Of a stretch of DNA of 34,466 nucleotides, positions 25,119 to 33,887 are shown piece by piece (within the stretch, counting starts at the first letter, position 1; each line of letters begins with the position of its first letter). The stretch spans positions 1 through 34,466 of IMG/VR virus record IMGVR_UViG_3300020044_003000. One strand, 5' to 3'. Position numbers and translations under genes: made by a program. The DNA comes from a virus (lineage: Duplodnaviria > Caudoviricetes). The notes below the pieces were generated by a model. The model had not been told where the DNA came from. It worked only from the letters and a program-made list of their open reading frames with translations, and did no database searches.

Positions 25119-25265
25119 TTAGTCCTTGTGTCGAGGAAGGCGTTTCTTGCGCGTTTCAGGCTCAGGCTTGGCCTCTTTAGGCACCCAGCCAAGGGCAATA
25201 GCAGCCTGTTCGCTTTCTTTGTTTACTGCGATCTCAGTGCCGTTAGGCTTTACCCAGATATTCAT
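25119..25265 (-). CDS. Small protein (48 aa; absent from ORF track)
   Basis: MNIWVKPNGTEIAVNKESEQAAIALGWVPKE...; TGATG coupling. Confidence 0.65.
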   Translation of the reverse strand: MNIWVKPNGTEIAVNKESEQAAIALGWVPKEAKPEPETRKKRLPRHKD

Positions 25266-25546
25266 CACCACTTTTCCTTGGCGGCCCAAAATGCCGCTGA
25301 CATTTTGCCTTTTTCGATGTTTTTAGCGTGTCGAGCCATGAATGATGCTCTGCGATTCTTGTCTGCTTCGGATTCGCCTTTTCTGGGAGGAGAGCCGCTC
25401 ACTCCCTGCTGGCCGAAGCGAATTGTTCGAATCTGATCGCCTTCTTTAGCGACCACGATATGTGATTTCGTCGGATGGTTCGGAGTGCGCTTGGGCTTGT
25501 TATAGCCCTCTACGCCAGCTCGTTCAAGTCGCGGGTCTTTTTTCAT
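25265..25546 (-). CDS. Small basic phage protein
   Basis: KSHIVVAKEG...IRFGQQG...RRASFMARH...SAAFWA..KW pattern seen in phage head regions. Confidence 0.75.
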   Translation of the reverse strand: MKKDPRLERAGVEGYNKPKRTPNHPTKSHIVVAKEGDQIRTIRFGQQGVSGSPPRKGESEADKNRRASFMARHAKNIEKGKMSAAFWAAKEKW

Positions 25547-26055
25547 TAGACTTCGGCGCTCCTTCCGTGATTCTGGTGATAGCTATGAAATTGCTCATAA
25601 TCCTTTCGAGCCGAAATCGCATCATCTATTGAATCGTAATAACCGATGTGCTTTTTAATCTTGCCGATACTTATTGCAGCTCGCCATTTGCCTGTTTGTT
25701 TAAAATACGAGACTCCTGGCTGGCCGGTATTATTAGTCTTATACAGACTTTTATTTTTCATGTTTAGCTCATGGCTAACCAATCTTAAATTAGAAAACTT
25801 ATTGTTCAGACCATTTCCGTCTATGTGGTCAACCTCTAGCTCCGGCATCGCCTTAGTAACTGCCAAAAATGCTAGTCTATGGGACGCATAGCAAACACCC
25901 TTGAACTCAATTTTCCTGTATTTTAATTTTCCAGTCTTAGATACATATCCCGCCTCGCCACCTACCTTAACACTATTACACGGAGCCTTTAGCCTCGTAA
26001 TAATTCCTGTCTCAGGGCAGTATGAAAAGTTTTCCGCAAATTCTTCGTAAGTCAT
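25546..26055 (-). CDS. HNH homing endonuclease with AP2-like domain
   Basis: Y.PETG, HRLAF, VDHIDGNGLNNKFSNLR, GVSYFKQTGKWRA.I....KHIGYY; AT-rich. Confidence 0.9.
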   Translation of the reverse strand: MTYEEFAENFSYCPETGIITRLKAPCNSVKVGGEAGYVSKTGKLKYRKIEFKGVCYASHRLAFLAVTKAMPELEVDHIDGNGLNNKFSNLRLVSHELNMKNKSLYKTNNTGQPGVSYFKQTGKWRAAISIGKIKKHIGYYDSIDDAISARKDYEQFHSYHQNHGRSAEV

Positions 26056-26086
26056 GGCATCTTCTCCCAAAGATTCCCGATTAAGT

Positions 26087-26158
26087 TAATGCGCCTTCGC
26101 TAGGTGGGAAGTCTAGCTCAAGGGGGTAATTAGTCCCCGGCGCATTATCATTATAGCA
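26087..26158 (-). promoter_or_regulatory. Extended -10 promoter and three-way-junction leader upstream of the HNH gene
   Basis: TGCTATAAT (26158-26150); 9-bp outer stem TAATGCGCC/GGCGCATTA enclosing two hairpins. Confidence 0.5.
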
Positions 26159-27430
26159 TTACGCCACGCCGAAGGCTTGGCCTGCGAACATAGGATTAAA
26201 CGTAGCGTAAGCAGGCAGAAGGTCGAAACGAATCTTCTGGGTGTTCGCATCACCGTCAGAGTACTTGGTGACGCGGATGCTCATGCCATCCTGAGTTGTT
26301 GCTACCGTGTCAGTCATGTAGAGCTTCGGCAGCTTCACAGTGCCAAGGCCGAATGCCTGCTTGTGGTAGAACATTGCAGGCTGGTACACGGTAGAAGCAG
26401 AACCCAGCAGGGTTACTACGTCACCGCTAACCGGCGCAGAGGCGACAGTGTTGTACTGGCCGTTCGCTTCGTAGATTGCCGCGCCAGCGACTACCAGGTT
26501 ACCAGCACCAGAGGCATCAAGAGTAACGTCAGCAGTTACCACGCCGCAGAAGATAATGGCTGCACCAGCACCATCTACGATCTGAGTGCGGGTGGACAGG
26601 TTCAGGCGATTGCGACCAGTGATAGTCAGGATTTCGCCCGCCTTCACGGTAGCGTTGGCACTGAAACCAGTCACAGCAAGCGTCTGCTTCATGGTGTCCT
26701 TGTGAGCCACGTAAGTCACAGTCGGGTTGGCCGACAGAGTACCAGCGCGGTCAGAGGCAGTGCCTGAAGTGTAGCTTGCCAGAGCGTTAGAGGTCAGAGC
26801 GCGAAGGCCAGCGAAGTTGGGGCTAATCTGGCTCTTTTCCCAGGCGGTCATCACCAACTTGTCGCCAGCGTGCAGACCAGTCTGAGCCGAGGCCAGAGTT
26901 GCTGCTACGAAGGGGTTAACAACGTAGTACTTCTCGCCTTCCATCGGTACGCCCATGGACTGCATGAATGCAGCAGCACCAGCAACGTCAGACCAGGCAT
27001 CGATTGCAGTACCCGGAGAGCCGTACTTCAGGTTGCAGTTCTTCAGCATATAGCTGGACAGGTCGAGTTCCAGATCGGTCACCAGACGGGTTGCCATCGG
27101 GGCCAGAATGTCCTCAAGCTGATCCAGTTCCAGAGCTTCTTGGATGTTTGTCCACTCGGTGGCGACTGTGAAGTAGTCCTGAACCACACCAGATGCCTTA
27201 CCGGCAATGATGTCAGACTTGGTGGACGCGGAAATATCACCGCCAGCGGTACGGATGGACTTGTAGTCCGTAGGACGCTTGAAGTCGACAGTGGAGCCAG
27301 TAGACGGGTTGAACTGATTGCTCAGAAGCTGAGTGTCAACAGTGCGTGTCAGAACACGGCTGGACTCAAACTTATCGAGGAATACACGAGCGACTTTACG
27401 GGTTATGTTACTACTAAGATTATTAGCCAT
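26159..27430 (-). CDS. Major capsid protein (P22 gp5-like)
   Basis: MANNL, TVDTQLL, G.TVDFKRP, QKIRFDLLPAYATFNP; follows the scaffold gene. Confidence 0.92.
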   Translation of the reverse strand: MANNLSSNITRKVARVFLDKFESSRVLTRTVDTQLLSNQFNPSTGSTVDFKRPTDYKSIRTAGGDISASTKSDIIAGKASGVVQDYFTVATEWTNIQEALELDQLEDILAPMATRLVTDLELDLSSYMLKNCNLKYGSPGTAIDAWSDVAGAAAFMQSMGVPMEGEKYYVVNPFVAATLASAQTGLHAGDKLVMTAWEKSQISPNFAGLRALTSNALASYTSGTASDRAGTLSANPTVTYVAHKDTMKQTLAVTGFSANATVKAGEILTITGRNRLNLSTRTQIVDGAGAAIIFCGVVTADVTLDASGAGNLVVAGAAIYEANGQYNTVASAPVSGDVVTLLGSASTVYQPAMFYHKQAFGLGTVKLPKLYMTDTVATTQDGMSIRVTKYSDGDANTQKIRFDLLPAYATFNPMFAGQAFGVA

Positions 27431-27441
27431 GTTGGCATCTC

Positions 27442-28284
27442 CTATTCAAAAGTGGCACCTGCCGGGCCTTTCGGCTTCGGGCTGATCCCAGCGTTTCGAG
27501 GCTGGTTCAGCGGATCAGGCGTTTTAGTTACCTTGGGTTTCATGGCAACAGCTTTGGCTTTAAGTTCGGTCGCTAGTCTCACAGCCGCCGTGGTCACTGG
27601 CATCTGCACAAGTCGCTCAAGTTCCAACTGGTTCCGAGCAAGATATTTCGTCAGAAGTGGCCCGTGGTCATCGGCGAGAATCATTTCCACCAGTGCTGGG
27701 TCAATCCCGTATCCTGCAACCAGAGTTCCAGCTTCCTGAAGTTCCTCGGCAGCGACACCAAGTTTTCTGGCTCGCTCTGCGTAGGCTTTGACTTCTTCTT
27801 GCTGCCTCTCCTGCTGTCTGCGTTGCTGCTCCATTTCAGCCTGCTGGCGCTGCCATTGCAGTGCCTGTTGCTGGGCTTCCCATGCAGTAGCTTCGCGGAT
27901 GGCCTGATCCCTCGCCACCAGTTTCTGTCTGTACTCTGTGTCAGAGAGTGCAAACGGGTCTGGAGCTTCTGGGACTACGGGCCGTCCTTGCTGGGGAATC
28001 TTTGCCTCAAGTTCTTCAAGACGCTTGCGTAGGGCTTCGGCTTCTCGCTCTTTTTCACGGAGCTTAAATACCTTCTTCCCGACAGCCTCGTTAAAGATTC
28101 TCTGCTGTTCCTCAGTAAACTCAACGGGTTTATCGTGGGTTGAGTTGCCACTATCGGTGTCTGATTCCGAATCAGGATCGGGAGTTTCCTCCTGCTCAAT
28201 TTCCTGATCTTCAGCTTCTAGCGTCTCCTCGATCTCCTCTTGCTCGATCAAATAGCCGCCGTCATCTGGTTGCAGATTGCTCAT
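27442..28284 (-). CDS. Scaffolding protein
   Basis: Acidic N-terminus, long coiled coil, directly upstream of the coat gene. Confidence 0.8.
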   Translation of the reverse strand: MSNLQPDDGGYLIEQEEIEETLEAEDQEIEQEETPDPDSESDTDSGNSTHDKPVEFTEEQQRIFNEAVGKKVFKLREKEREAEALRKRLEELEAKIPQQGRPVVPEAPDPFALSDTEYRQKLVARDQAIREATAWEAQQQALQWQRQQAEMEQQRRQQERQQEEVKAYAERARKLGVAAEELQEAGTLVAGYGIDPALVEMILADDHGPLLTKYLARNQLELERLVQMPVTTAAVRLATELKAKAVAMKPKVTKTPDPLNQPRNAGISPKPKGPAGATFE

Positions 28285-28391
28285 GATTGCCCCTATAGGT
28301 AATTTGCCACGAAAGGAGTCGTGTACTCTTTACTACGCCTCGGAGTAGGCCGAGTGCCTTAGCTTATCCTGCCACTATTTGGCGAGATTTG

Positions 28392-29417
28392 TCAATCTGG
28401 CTGTCTTTCCTGCTCTTGCGGGAGCAATGCTCTCAAAGCGGAGCCGCCAGCTAAAACGCCACCAACGCCTGCCATGAGGTTAGCTGATCCGCGCTTTTCT
28501 GGGTCAAAGGCTGCGTTGATTGATCGAATGTTTGATGGGTCGAAAACGGCGTAAGTGTCGGCAACGCTTTTTTCCCTCAGATTTCCAGAATCTTGCACAT
28601 TCTTCACAATTATGCCGTCATATTTTTTAGTCTGCCGCGCAATTGAAGCAAGGTCATTGATGCTAAATGTTAAGACGCGATCCTTCCCGCTTCCATCTGG
28701 GAGCTTATTTTGTGCCGACGGGTAACGCCTCGGATCAATAGTGCTCATGATCTCATTTGTAATATCTATTTCAGACCATGGGTTGCCCTTTGCATCAATA
28801 ATTAAAGGGTTTTCCATTCTTAATTTCGCTGGAATAATATTTGCAGCCCCCGATGGGCTTCTGGATGCTCCGGAATATGAGCCGGCGACCCTAGGATTGG
28901 AACTAAAAAAATATACACCAGGAGGAGCATCACTTTTTTGTTTTTTAACCTGCTCTTGCACCGAGAATTCACTTATATCAGATCGAGTTCCGTGATAAAC
29001 AGTTTCTGGAAGATATGATTGCTCTTGCGCCCTCTGCATCCTAGCAGCCTGAGACATATCCAAACCACGAACAGCCTTAGCCGCCGCATCTCCAATAACA
29101 GGCACCACACCCAAAGCAGTCGCAACACCGGCCAAAGCAGCGCCAGGATAGTTGCCTTGGCTCACCTCTCTGCGAACATCACCAACACCAGCAGCCTCGC
29201 TAACGCCTGGAACAAAGTCCACCGAGCCTGTCAGCATATCCGCATAGCGTGATCGGTCATAACCTTCGCGGCCAGCGATGTTGCTTGACCCCAATAGGTT
29301 CGACATTGCGTTTGAAACAGTGTCGCGGAAAGCTGGGTTAAGCGGATTCCATGAGCGTGTAGGAGCAACAATCTCTTGCGGTCTAGGGACTAACCCTCTG
29401 AGTGCTGATTCAGCCAT
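28392..29417 (-). CDS. Pre-toxin-like N-terminus fused to an ADP-ribosyltransferase-like domain (ART-PolyVal-like)
   Basis: ALGVVPVIGDAAAKAVR segment; VYHGT, GVYFFSSNP..A.SY, L.MENPL, YDGIIVKNV.D, YAVFDPSNIRS. Confidence 0.65.
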   Translation of the reverse strand: MAESALRGLVPRPQEIVAPTRSWNPLNPAFRDTVSNAMSNLLGSSNIAGREGYDRSRYADMLTGSVDFVPGVSEAAGVGDVRREVSQGNYPGAALAGVATALGVVPVIGDAAAKAVRGLDMSQAARMQRAQEQSYLPETVYHGTRSDISEFSVQEQVKKQKSDAPPGVYFFSSNPRVAGSYSGASRSPSGAANIIPAKLRMENPLIIDAKGNPWSEIDITNEIMSTIDPRRYPSAQNKLPDGSGKDRVLTFSINDLASIARQTKKYDGIIVKNVQDSGNLREKSVADTYAVFDPSNIRSINAAFDPEKRGSANLMAGVGGVLAGGSALRALLPQEQERQPD

Positions 29418-29418
29418 G

Positions 29419-31614
29419 TTATTGCCTCATAAACGGTGGAACCATCGCTTCAGCCACCTTGATCTGCGTGTCCACCTGCTTGCTAAGGGCCGAGGTGTTG
29501 TCAAGGTTGATTCTTGCTCCTGCCTGCTCTGCTTTGATCTGAGTGTCAATTCGCTTGGTCTCAGAGTCAAAAGCCTTGATTTGCGCGTCAATCTGGCTAT
29601 TGGTGTTGGAGTTATCGTAGTTCTGCGCTTGAATCTGAAGCTTCATGGTCTCCAACTGAAGTTTCATCGCATCATTCTGGGCTTGCATCTGCTGGGCCTG
29701 AGCTTTGAGCATTTCAGCCTGTGCCAGAACCATGTTCGGGTCTTGTGCTTGACCCTGAGACTGCAACTTCATGGCAAGCTCTTGCTTTTCCTCGTCGGTC
29801 ATCTGCTTTTCAGGAATGATGCCCTGAGCAATCATCTGAGCGCGTCTGCGTTCTGCCAGAGCATCTGCAACCGGACTGACCACGTTCTTCAGCAGCAGGT
29901 CGCCACCCAACTGAAGCAATGACGGGTCAACCTGAGCCAGCTCCAGCATGGTTCTAAGAGTCTGCTCCTGACGGTTTCGGAATGACGGGCCAGCCTTGCA
30001 GGTGACATCGTACGTCCCGACCGACAGATCGTTGACCTTCACTACTTTGCCCGTCTGCATATCAATCACTTCCTGATTGATCGCCTTCATCTCAAAGCTG
30101 CCATCCTGATACATCAAGCGCATTTGACGCTGATTGTCATAGACCTTGGGAATAGCAGAGACAAGAATCTTGCCTGTGTAGGCAATGGCAATTTCGAGGG
30201 CTTTAAAGTATTTAAAGGTGCCGTTGTCGCCCTTGTTTTGCAGCCTTTCAATAGCAACACCAGACTGAAGGCCGGGGTTATCGCCCATGTTAGAGGCGAA
30301 CATCCCAGCAGACATGCCAATCACGCCACGCATGGCCTCGGAGATGTTCCTGAGCCCTGGGTTGATCTGAGCGCCACCACTTTGCGGAGGTGGATTCTGA
30401 ACAGATGGATCGGGGTTGTAGAACTGCACCGGATCGGCGTTGGTGTTAAGCGTTTGAAGCTGAAGCTCATGCCCAGCAGCTTGCTGCATGGTCATCCAGT
30501 ATTTAGCCCTTGGAGCCAGAGCGCCTTCCTCAATCTCGCGGGAGAGCGAGTAATTAAGAACACGCTGGGAATCCATCAACTTTTCGACAGCGCCGTAGTA
30601 GATGGTTTTGTTTTCAAGCACTTTGAAGTTGGCGAATACAGGAACGACAGGGATGTAACAGAATACCGTGTCCCGATCATCCTCCAGCCAGCCATTAGCA
30701 TCAAAAAGCCTAGAACATACCTTCTTGTACTTGCGCTCCCTGCGTCGAACCTCGGTCACGCCCAGCATGGCGAGTTCATCGCGGATCATCTTGAAATCAT
30801 CGTTGACCTCGTGGACTTGCCCGTTGGACATCAAGACAAGCTCGCGCATTTCTTCTTCGACGTACAGCAGTTCACCAATTACCACGACCTCGGCCTTGTC
30901 ATAGTAGGCATCCCCCTCGCGGTCATCTGATACAGACGACCCAGAGCCTTCAGGCCAGCGAGCGCGATATTCATCGGTCGCAATAGGGTGTAGGACAAAA
31001 CAATAACGCGCATCTGACTTGTCTTGGATAAGAGAGGCCGGATCAAACCACACTCGGTCAATAGCGTTATGGATAGGCTCAATCAAAAGGTCTTGGTCGA
31101 AGGAGTTATCGTCGGCGAACTTCTGCACAACACGCCATGCGTCATAGCCGCAAGTAACAGCCATCCGCCCAGCAGCAGCGTAAGTTGTCGAGGCGTTGGA
31201 AATAGTCTCTAGGTTGCGGATGATGCCGTCATAGACCTCAGCAACCTCCTTTGTTGCGCTTCCACCAGCGGGTGAAACGACCACATCAAAGTCCGCCTGC
31301 TCAAGCTCTCCGGCGATCTGGTCAACAATTGGGCTGGTCATGTCGAATGTGTAGCGGGGCTTGTTGATGTTGTTATTCCACCAGTACGGCTCCCACTGCC
31401 CGTCCCTCTTGGAAATGAATAGCTGGGCCTCCCGCGCCTTCTCGCGATTGTCGTGGTCAGCCATCTGAGCGTTGGAGAGCATATTCATCACATCGGCGTG
31501 GGAATCGTACTTGTCGGAGGATGAATAGACTTCCTCTGCCGCCTCTTTCTCGACTTCGCTTTGATAGCTGTCGTTCTCGGAATCCAGCTCTGATCCGTTT
31601 TCGTAGTCAGCCAT
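29419..31614 (-). CDS. Portal protein (P22 gp1-like)
   Basis: 731 aa; GQW, VWFDP, YIPVVPVF, SGVAI..LQ, YDV....GPSF..R, C-terminal Gln-rich barrel. Confidence 0.92.
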   Translation of the reverse strand: MADYENGSELDSENDSYQSEVEKEAAEEVYSSSDKYDSHADVMNMLSNAQMADHDNREKAREAQLFISKRDGQWEPYWWNNNINKPRYTFDMTSPIVDQIAGELEQADFDVVVSPAGGSATKEVAEVYDGIIRNLETISNASTTYAAAGRMAVTCGYDAWRVVQKFADDNSFDQDLLIEPIHNAIDRVWFDPASLIQDKSDARYCFVLHPIATDEYRARWPEGSGSSVSDDREGDAYYDKAEVVVIGELLYVEEEMRELVLMSNGQVHEVNDDFKMIRDELAMLGVTEVRRRERKYKKVCSRLFDANGWLEDDRDTVFCYIPVVPVFANFKVLENKTIYYGAVEKLMDSQRVLNYSLSREIEEGALAPRAKYWMTMQQAAGHELQLQTLNTNADPVQFYNPDPSVQNPPPQSGGAQINPGLRNISEAMRGVIGMSAGMFASNMGDNPGLQSGVAIERLQNKGDNGTFKYFKALEIAIAYTGKILVSAIPKVYDNQRQMRLMYQDGSFEMKAINQEVIDMQTGKVVKVNDLSVGTYDVTCKAGPSFRNRQEQTLRTMLELAQVDPSLLQLGGDLLLKNVVSPVADALAERRRAQMIAQGIIPEKQMTDEEKQELAMKLQSQGQAQDPNMVLAQAEMLKAQAQQMQAQNDAMKLQLETMKLQIQAQNYDNSNTNSQIDAQIKAFDSETKRIDTQIKAEQAGARINLDNTSALSKQVDTQIKVAEAMVPPFMRQ

Positions 31615-33038
31615 TATCTGTTACCCCAGCCACTGAAATTGATTTTGACAGCCTGCGCCGCGTTAGCCTTGGGCGAAAACATACCCATCATAAGGGAGTC
31701 ACCCATGTTGGGAGATGGAAGCTGATAGGGCTTCTTCGCCATCTCGATCTTGCTCATGATCTGTATCTTACCATTATTGTTGCGTTTTAGCGGAATGCGG
31801 CAAACCTCGGCCCTGAGCTGGTCGAGGCTTTCAATACCAGAGGACAGGGAGATCATGTCATCTGGGTTGATGTATTTCTTCTGCTCAATCGCTCGCCAGG
31901 TATTCTCAAACCTTTCCCTGAGCTTCCACCAATACTGCGCCCGCTTGTTAAAAAACGTATCTCTATTGGTCTTTCGCTGCTCTTTGTCGTTAGCGTAAGT
32001 GCCTTCGGGATCGTCTGGTGTCTCACTACCCCTGAACATCCAATACTGTGTGCGGGTATGGGACAGGGCTTGCTCTACCTGCCTCTTGAGACTAATTCCC
32101 ATGCCGTCACAATCCCAGACAAACCAATCAGCACCAGCCTTGCGTGATTCTTCTAGCGCCCAATCCATGCCCTCGTTGGAGTCACCTGTGATCTTTTCGC
32201 AGACTTGTAGCACAACTGAGCCTCGGCGGATAGCTAGGCCCTTAGAGTCGCCACCTTCGTCGCTAGGATCATGGCTGGCAATAATAGCCCCTTCGGGCTT
32301 AAAGCCAAGCTTCTCGTGGGCATCAATGGCAGCGTCGAACCACTCCACAGGGATAATGCAATCCTCAACCTCGTCGTAATACTCCCCTAGCCAAATGTGT
32401 CTATAGAGAGCCGTGGACAGGTTGGTTTCGTCATATGCTCGTTCTTGTTCGAGGACTTCGGGGAAGAACGGGTTGTCGTTGTAGTTGGCCCAGATGACAA
32501 GGTGTAAGTCATCTTCGTAGTATTTATCGCGCCTGAGCTGCTTCTCCCAAGGCTTGATAAATCGCTGAGAGAAAACATCGCTTGAATGCCTTGGGTTGCC
32601 CGTCATCCAGATTTCCGAGTCATCGGTTCTCAGCGTTGGAGTCAAAGCCTTTAGCGACTCAAAGCTGATCGTCTGGGCTTCCTCCACCCAGAACCGTTTA
32701 AACCCATGCATGGACTTGATGCCTTCAGGGTTCCTAGCGAGTCCTCGGAATTTAAAAGCATCCTGCCCATCGTACTGAATCGAGTTTGAAAGTGACTTGA
32801 AGCCTTGTAGCCCAAGCCTGTCTATCTCTGAGGATAGGAGAGAGAGCACCGAGTCATCCATCGTGACTTGGTACTCTCGAAAGCAGGCGGTCTTGATCCC
32901 TCGCGTCTGGGCATCCATTAAGCAGATGTCCCCGACCGATTGCGATTTACCGCTTCCCCTTCCGCCGATGATGATTTTGAAGCGTTTAGGCTTATGAATC
33001 AGCGGCAAAAGGACTTTAGGTAGCTGCATTTCCGGCAT
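31614..33038 (-). CDS. terL: Terminase large subunit
   Basis: Walker A GGRGSGKS, Walker B FWVEEAQ, nuclease HDPSDEGGD, SPNMGDSL. Confidence 0.95.
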   Translation of the reverse strand: MPEMQLPKVLLPLIHKPKRFKIIIGGRGSGKSQSVGDICLMDAQTRGIKTACFREYQVTMDDSVLSLLSSEIDRLGLQGFKSLSNSIQYDGQDAFKFRGLARNPEGIKSMHGFKRFWVEEAQTISFESLKALTPTLRTDDSEIWMTGNPRHSSDVFSQRFIKPWEKQLRRDKYYEDDLHLVIWANYNDNPFFPEVLEQERAYDETNLSTALYRHIWLGEYYDEVEDCIIPVEWFDAAIDAHEKLGFKPEGAIIASHDPSDEGGDSKGLAIRRGSVVLQVCEKITGDSNEGMDWALEESRKAGADWFVWDCDGMGISLKRQVEQALSHTRTQYWMFRGSETPDDPEGTYANDKEQRKTNRDTFFNKRAQYWWKLRERFENTWRAIEQKKYINPDDMISLSSGIESLDQLRAEVCRIPLKRNNNGKIQIMSKIEMAKKPYQLPSPNMGDSLMMGMFSPKANAAQAVKINFSGWGNR

Positions 33039-33396
33039 CGACTACCTTGATTGTCCACTCTGTTTTGATTGGGCCGCCGTCTGGGCCTGAGACTTCTTGC
33101 TCGCTCTTATCCTTCCAGCCGAAATTGTTCTTCAAGCTGAAGATTGCCCCCACTGGCGATGCTTGGGCTAGTCTTTTCTCTAAAGCCATCTCGACTCTTT
33201 GCTTTGCTTTTTTTACTGTCGCACTAAATTGATCGTTCTCCCCGTATCGTCTCAGGCTTTCTGTAGCCATATCAAGATGATAGGCGAGGCCAGAAATTAA
33301 CGGAGGATTGTCCTCGTCACACATGGCGAAGTATTCATCTATCGCCCGCTGCATATCTTCAGGCGTTTTGAACTTAGCCGGTCTGCCTGCTGGCAT
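33016..33396 (-). CDS. terS: Terminase small subunit
   Basis: GRPAKF..PE, ISGLAYHL, GAIFSLKNNFGWKDK, SGPDGGPI; start ATG 33396. Confidence 0.88.
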   Translation of the reverse strand: MPAGRPAKFKTPEDMQRAIDEYFAMCDEDNPPLISGLAYHLDMATESLRRYGENDQFSATVKKAKQRVEMALEKRLAQASPVGAIFSLKNNFGWKDKSEQEVSGPDGGPIKTEWTIKVVDAGNAAT

Positions 33397-33887
33397 TATG
33401 ACTTCCTCGCTTTCTTCTTGGCCTTCTCGGCTACGCTCAGAGCTATTGCTTTCATTTCTGAGTCCAATGGGTTTTCTTCTAAACATGGGCCTCTCTTGTT
33501 AAGCCATGTCATGTATGCCAACAAAAAATCAATCGCTTCATGGTACTGCTGTCGTTCGTCAGATGTTTTTTTCCCGGTTCCCAGCCTGATTGCATCCCAA
33601 GCAAATATTGCCGCCGCTTGATCCTGCTTTATTCTTAACCATGGCTGTACTTTAGCAATTAAATCAACCGCCTTACTCCACGACAGCCTTAAATAATACC
33701 CTTGTTTCCAGTTATCTTTTCGCTTTGACAGCGGCTTGATGTCCCCACCAAAAGCTGTTTGCATTTCCTCAAGAACCGCTTTGTCAGTATTGGTTATGAT
33801 AAGCCTTGGATAGACTGAGCTGCGGTTCTTTGCAAAACCAATGCAGCCATCGGCATCTATAAAACCGGCGACATAGGCTAAATTCAT
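33396..33887 (-). CDS. Single-motif LAGLIDADG homing endonuclease
   Basis: LAYVAGFIDADGCI, L.ITNTD...LE......GG, QPWLRIKQDQA. Confidence 0.85.
   Translation of the reverse strand: MNLAYVAGFIDADGCIGFAKNRSSVYPRLIITNTDKAVLEEMQTAFGGDIKPLSKRKDNWKQGYYLRLSWSKAVDLIAKVQPWLRIKQDQAAAIFAWDAIRLGTGKKTSDERQQYHEAIDFLLAYMTWLNKRGPCLEENPLDSEMKAIALSVAEKAKKKARKS

Noticed and set aside
26087-26147. tRNA or hammerhead ribozyme
   Set aside because: Only two internal arms, no T-loop or CCA, and no CUGANGA/GAAA core
26177-27739. Long + strand ORFs (196 and 289 aa) opposite the coat and scaffold genes
   Set aside because: Antisense shadows of strongly codon-biased genes; no motifs or RBS
29278-30930. + strand ORFs (214 and 268 aa) opposite the portal gene
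   Set aside because: Shadow ORFs with no recognisable protein features
33396-33887. Group I intron or intein housing the LAGLIDADG ORF
   Set aside because: The ORF abuts both neighbours, leaving no space for a ribozyme core, and it is not in frame within a host protein with intein termini
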